A DNA stretch of 63,847 nucleotides, filler included, from Reticulomyxa filosa (taxonomy: Eukaryota > Protista > Foraminifera): the NCBI GenBank assembly GCA_000512085.1. It is 17 parts of 17 records of this genome, joined end to end, with 100 filler letters (N's around TTAATTAATTAA, not from the genome) between each part and the next. Parts side by side here need not be neighbours in the genome. Positions count along the whole stretch, not along the records: positions 55,357 to 63,847 come from ASPP01005602.1; 16 more parts are not named here. One strand, 5' to 3'. Position numbers and translations under genes: made by a program. The notes under the pieces were generated by a model, which ran no database searches, was not told the origin of the DNA, and saw nothing but the letters and a program-made list of their open reading frames with translations. Below are positions 61,701 through 63,847 of this stretch, piece after piece; within the stretch, counting starts at the first letter, position 1; the number at the start of each line of letters is the position of its first letter.

Positions 61701-63764
61701 TGTCACAAGAATGCCTTGGATGGGAGACCACGTACGTTTAAAAAATGGAAAGACTGGCGTCGTTCGCTATCTTGCACCATCCGGTCGTGCCAGCAAAGAA
61801 GCGAAAGAAGACAAGATGACAATAGGTTTGGAAATGGACGAATGGCATCCTTCTGGACACGATGGAACAGTGGACAACCGCAAGTATTTCGAATGCAAAG
61901 AAGGACACGGTTACTTCACCAATTTGGACGAATTAGCCGCAAACTTGGGACAATTTGATTTGAATGAAAATAAGGCGCCTTTGCCTCCCAAACCCAATTT
62001 CAAAGTCGGAGACGAGGTCCGATTGGCGCGAGGCAAAGTCGGCAAAGTCAAGTTTATTGGGACCACCGAGTTTAGCAATGGCGAAGAAATTGTGGGATTG
62101 GAACTAACCCAATGGACAAAAGGTGCCAATGATGGCAGCATGAATAGCAAGCGATATTTCTACGCCAAAGAGGGACGCGGCTATTTCACCCGAAAAACCT
62201 CTGTGGTCAATTTGGTATTGCCAAATGAAACGCACACCAATGAAAGCAGTCGATCTCGCCTTCGTCGCGAAATCAATCGGACAAAGAGAAAGCTACGAGA
62301 AATCGACGTGTTGGAAAAGCGACAAGAAAAGGGCGAAAAATTGCGACCGCCGCAATTACAGAAACTAGAAAACAAACCAGCGCTGTTGCAAAAATTGAAC
62401 GAATTGGAAAATGGAGACTATGACTTTGAAGCCCAGGATAGAGAAATGCAAACACAAAATTTGATGCGACGCAGCAATTTATTGGAAAGAAAGGCCACTT
62501 TGGATATGACCAATCTCGACAAAGCGCAGTGGCTTGGTCAACCATTGGTGGATGTTCAAATTGACGATGCGGTGAGATTGAAGAATGGGGCCACCGGTGT
62601 TGTGAAGTGGATTGGCAAAGTGCCAATATTAACAGACGAAGTAATCGGATTGGTAATGGACGAAAATAATCCCAATTTCCATAACGGCGAATTGGATGGC
62701 AAACAATATTTCAAAGTCGCCAATCAACGTGGCTATTTTGCATTGCGAGAGGAAATCCAGGAAAATCTGGGAACGACCAAACGTGCCCGTCGACGAGGCT
62801 CCGTCAATTTGGATCGAACGCCACAACGTCGCGACAGTGTTCACATTGGCGATACTGTCAACACTATTGAAGGAAAAGGAACAGTTGTTTGGAAAGGTGA
62901 TGTCCTTCGAGGAGAAGAAGACGGGAAAAAAGATGAAATGATCGGAATCGAATTGGAGCGCTTCAGCGCAAATGCAAAAGATGGCACTATCCAAGGTGTT
63001 GAGTACTTTGATAGCAAGCAAGGACGCGGCTTCTTTGCTCACAAGGAATCGGTTCAACTTGATTTTCCTCCTGATTTTGTGAGAAGCGGAACCACCAATA
63101 TTGACTTTGAAATTGTGCCAGGCGACAGAGTCAAAACAGAACATGGCTACACTGGAGTTGAGAAGGATGTGTTATTCATATACTTTTTTTTTTTCTTTCT
63201 TTATTTGTACAATATATACATATATGTACATATATATTTATATATGTGTATATGTATATATGCATATATGTAAGAAGAGACAATCAAATCGAGACTTGTT
63301 TTTTTTTTTAATAAAGGTCGTCCGATTTGTGGGCCCAGTACACTTTGAAGAAAAAGAGGAAATGGTCGGCATTGAATTGGATCACTGGTCGCCCAACGGC
63401 AATGACGGCAGTGTCCACGGACAAAGATATTTCTCGTGCCATGAAAACAGGGGCTTCTTTTGCACAAAAGCACAGATTGTGGAATCCATGGGCTCTTCCG
63501 TCAGCAACAACCATCGTCGAGGATCTCGCGATCTTGGAAAAGACGAAATCAAGGAAGAGGAATCAGACAACGAATGGACGAACAAGAAGAATGAACAAAT
63601 CAAGATTGGAGATCGCGTTGAATTAGATCGCGGGCGCAGAGGTGTGATCAAATGGATCGGACCAACTGATTTTAGTAGTGGTGAGGAAATGTTGGGTATT
63701 GAATTAGATGAATGGTGGATCAACGGCCACGATGGAAGTAAAAATGGCAAAAAAATACTTTCAG
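55429..63764 (+). CDS. Giant tandem CAP-Gly repeat protein (at least 22 domains; partial at both ends)
   Basis: Repeated VGDRV.L..G.TGVVRYVG..F...E.VG.ELD.W.PNG.DG...G..YF....GRG.F units across all exons. At least 6 internal GT-AG introns, and 4 single-base frameshifts in homopolymer runs (about 56041, 58232, 59194, 63749). Confidence 0.9.
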
Positions 63765-63808
63765 GTACGTTATTTTATGTTTCCCCTTGCTATCTTTCTG
63801 CAAAGCGA

Positions 63809-63847
<39 letters not shown>

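Noticed and set aside
223-63750. Numerous short antisense or overlapping ORFs in the ORF track
   Set aside because: They are shadows of real genes or read-through of low-complexity introns and N runs.
56035-63760. Programmed ribosomal frameshifting in the CAP-Gly gene
   Set aside because: All four shifts are one-base length errors in homopolymer runs (T, C, A, A). The same pattern occurs in the USP fragment and is typical of sequencing error.

Overview
This window is not one locus. It is 17 short contigs joined by 16 identical artificial 100-bp linkers (N44-TTAATTAATTAA-N44), so adjacency across linkers means nothing. Sixteen contigs are AT-rich, intron-containing eukaryotic DNA. Their gene families and style (WD40 proteins with an IIxxWxRILNIKLGWI N-terminal exon, PB1-like+TPR proteins, breaks at poly-A/T) suggest the foraminiferan Reticulomyxa or a relative; this is an inference from recall, not a search. 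One contig (53928-55256) is a GC-rich bacterial flgB-C-D-E fragment. Main content: (1) a near-complete non-LTR retrotransposon (ORF1 with 3 zinc knuckles; ORF2 with APE-RT-RNaseH-zinc finger and one frameshift), with a phased GGAAC array in its 5' UTR and a highly structured 3' UTR; (2) housekeeping and signalling genes or fragments: RGS, TPR, two WD40, Misato, USP9/24/34-like, AP sigma1 and sigma2, IDO, G-gamma, an EGF+class C GPCR, MIEAP-like, MEMO1, FAF2-like; (3) several pseudogenes and a contig bounded by ~90-bp inverted repeats; (4) the most striking feature, an 8.5-kb gene fragment, open at both ends, encoding at least 22 tandem CAP-Gly domains plus two eIF2A/PYM-like coiled-coil motifs. 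This is a candidate giant multivalent microtubule scaffold. Two small intergenic pseudoknot or kissing-loop RNA candidates were also noticed.
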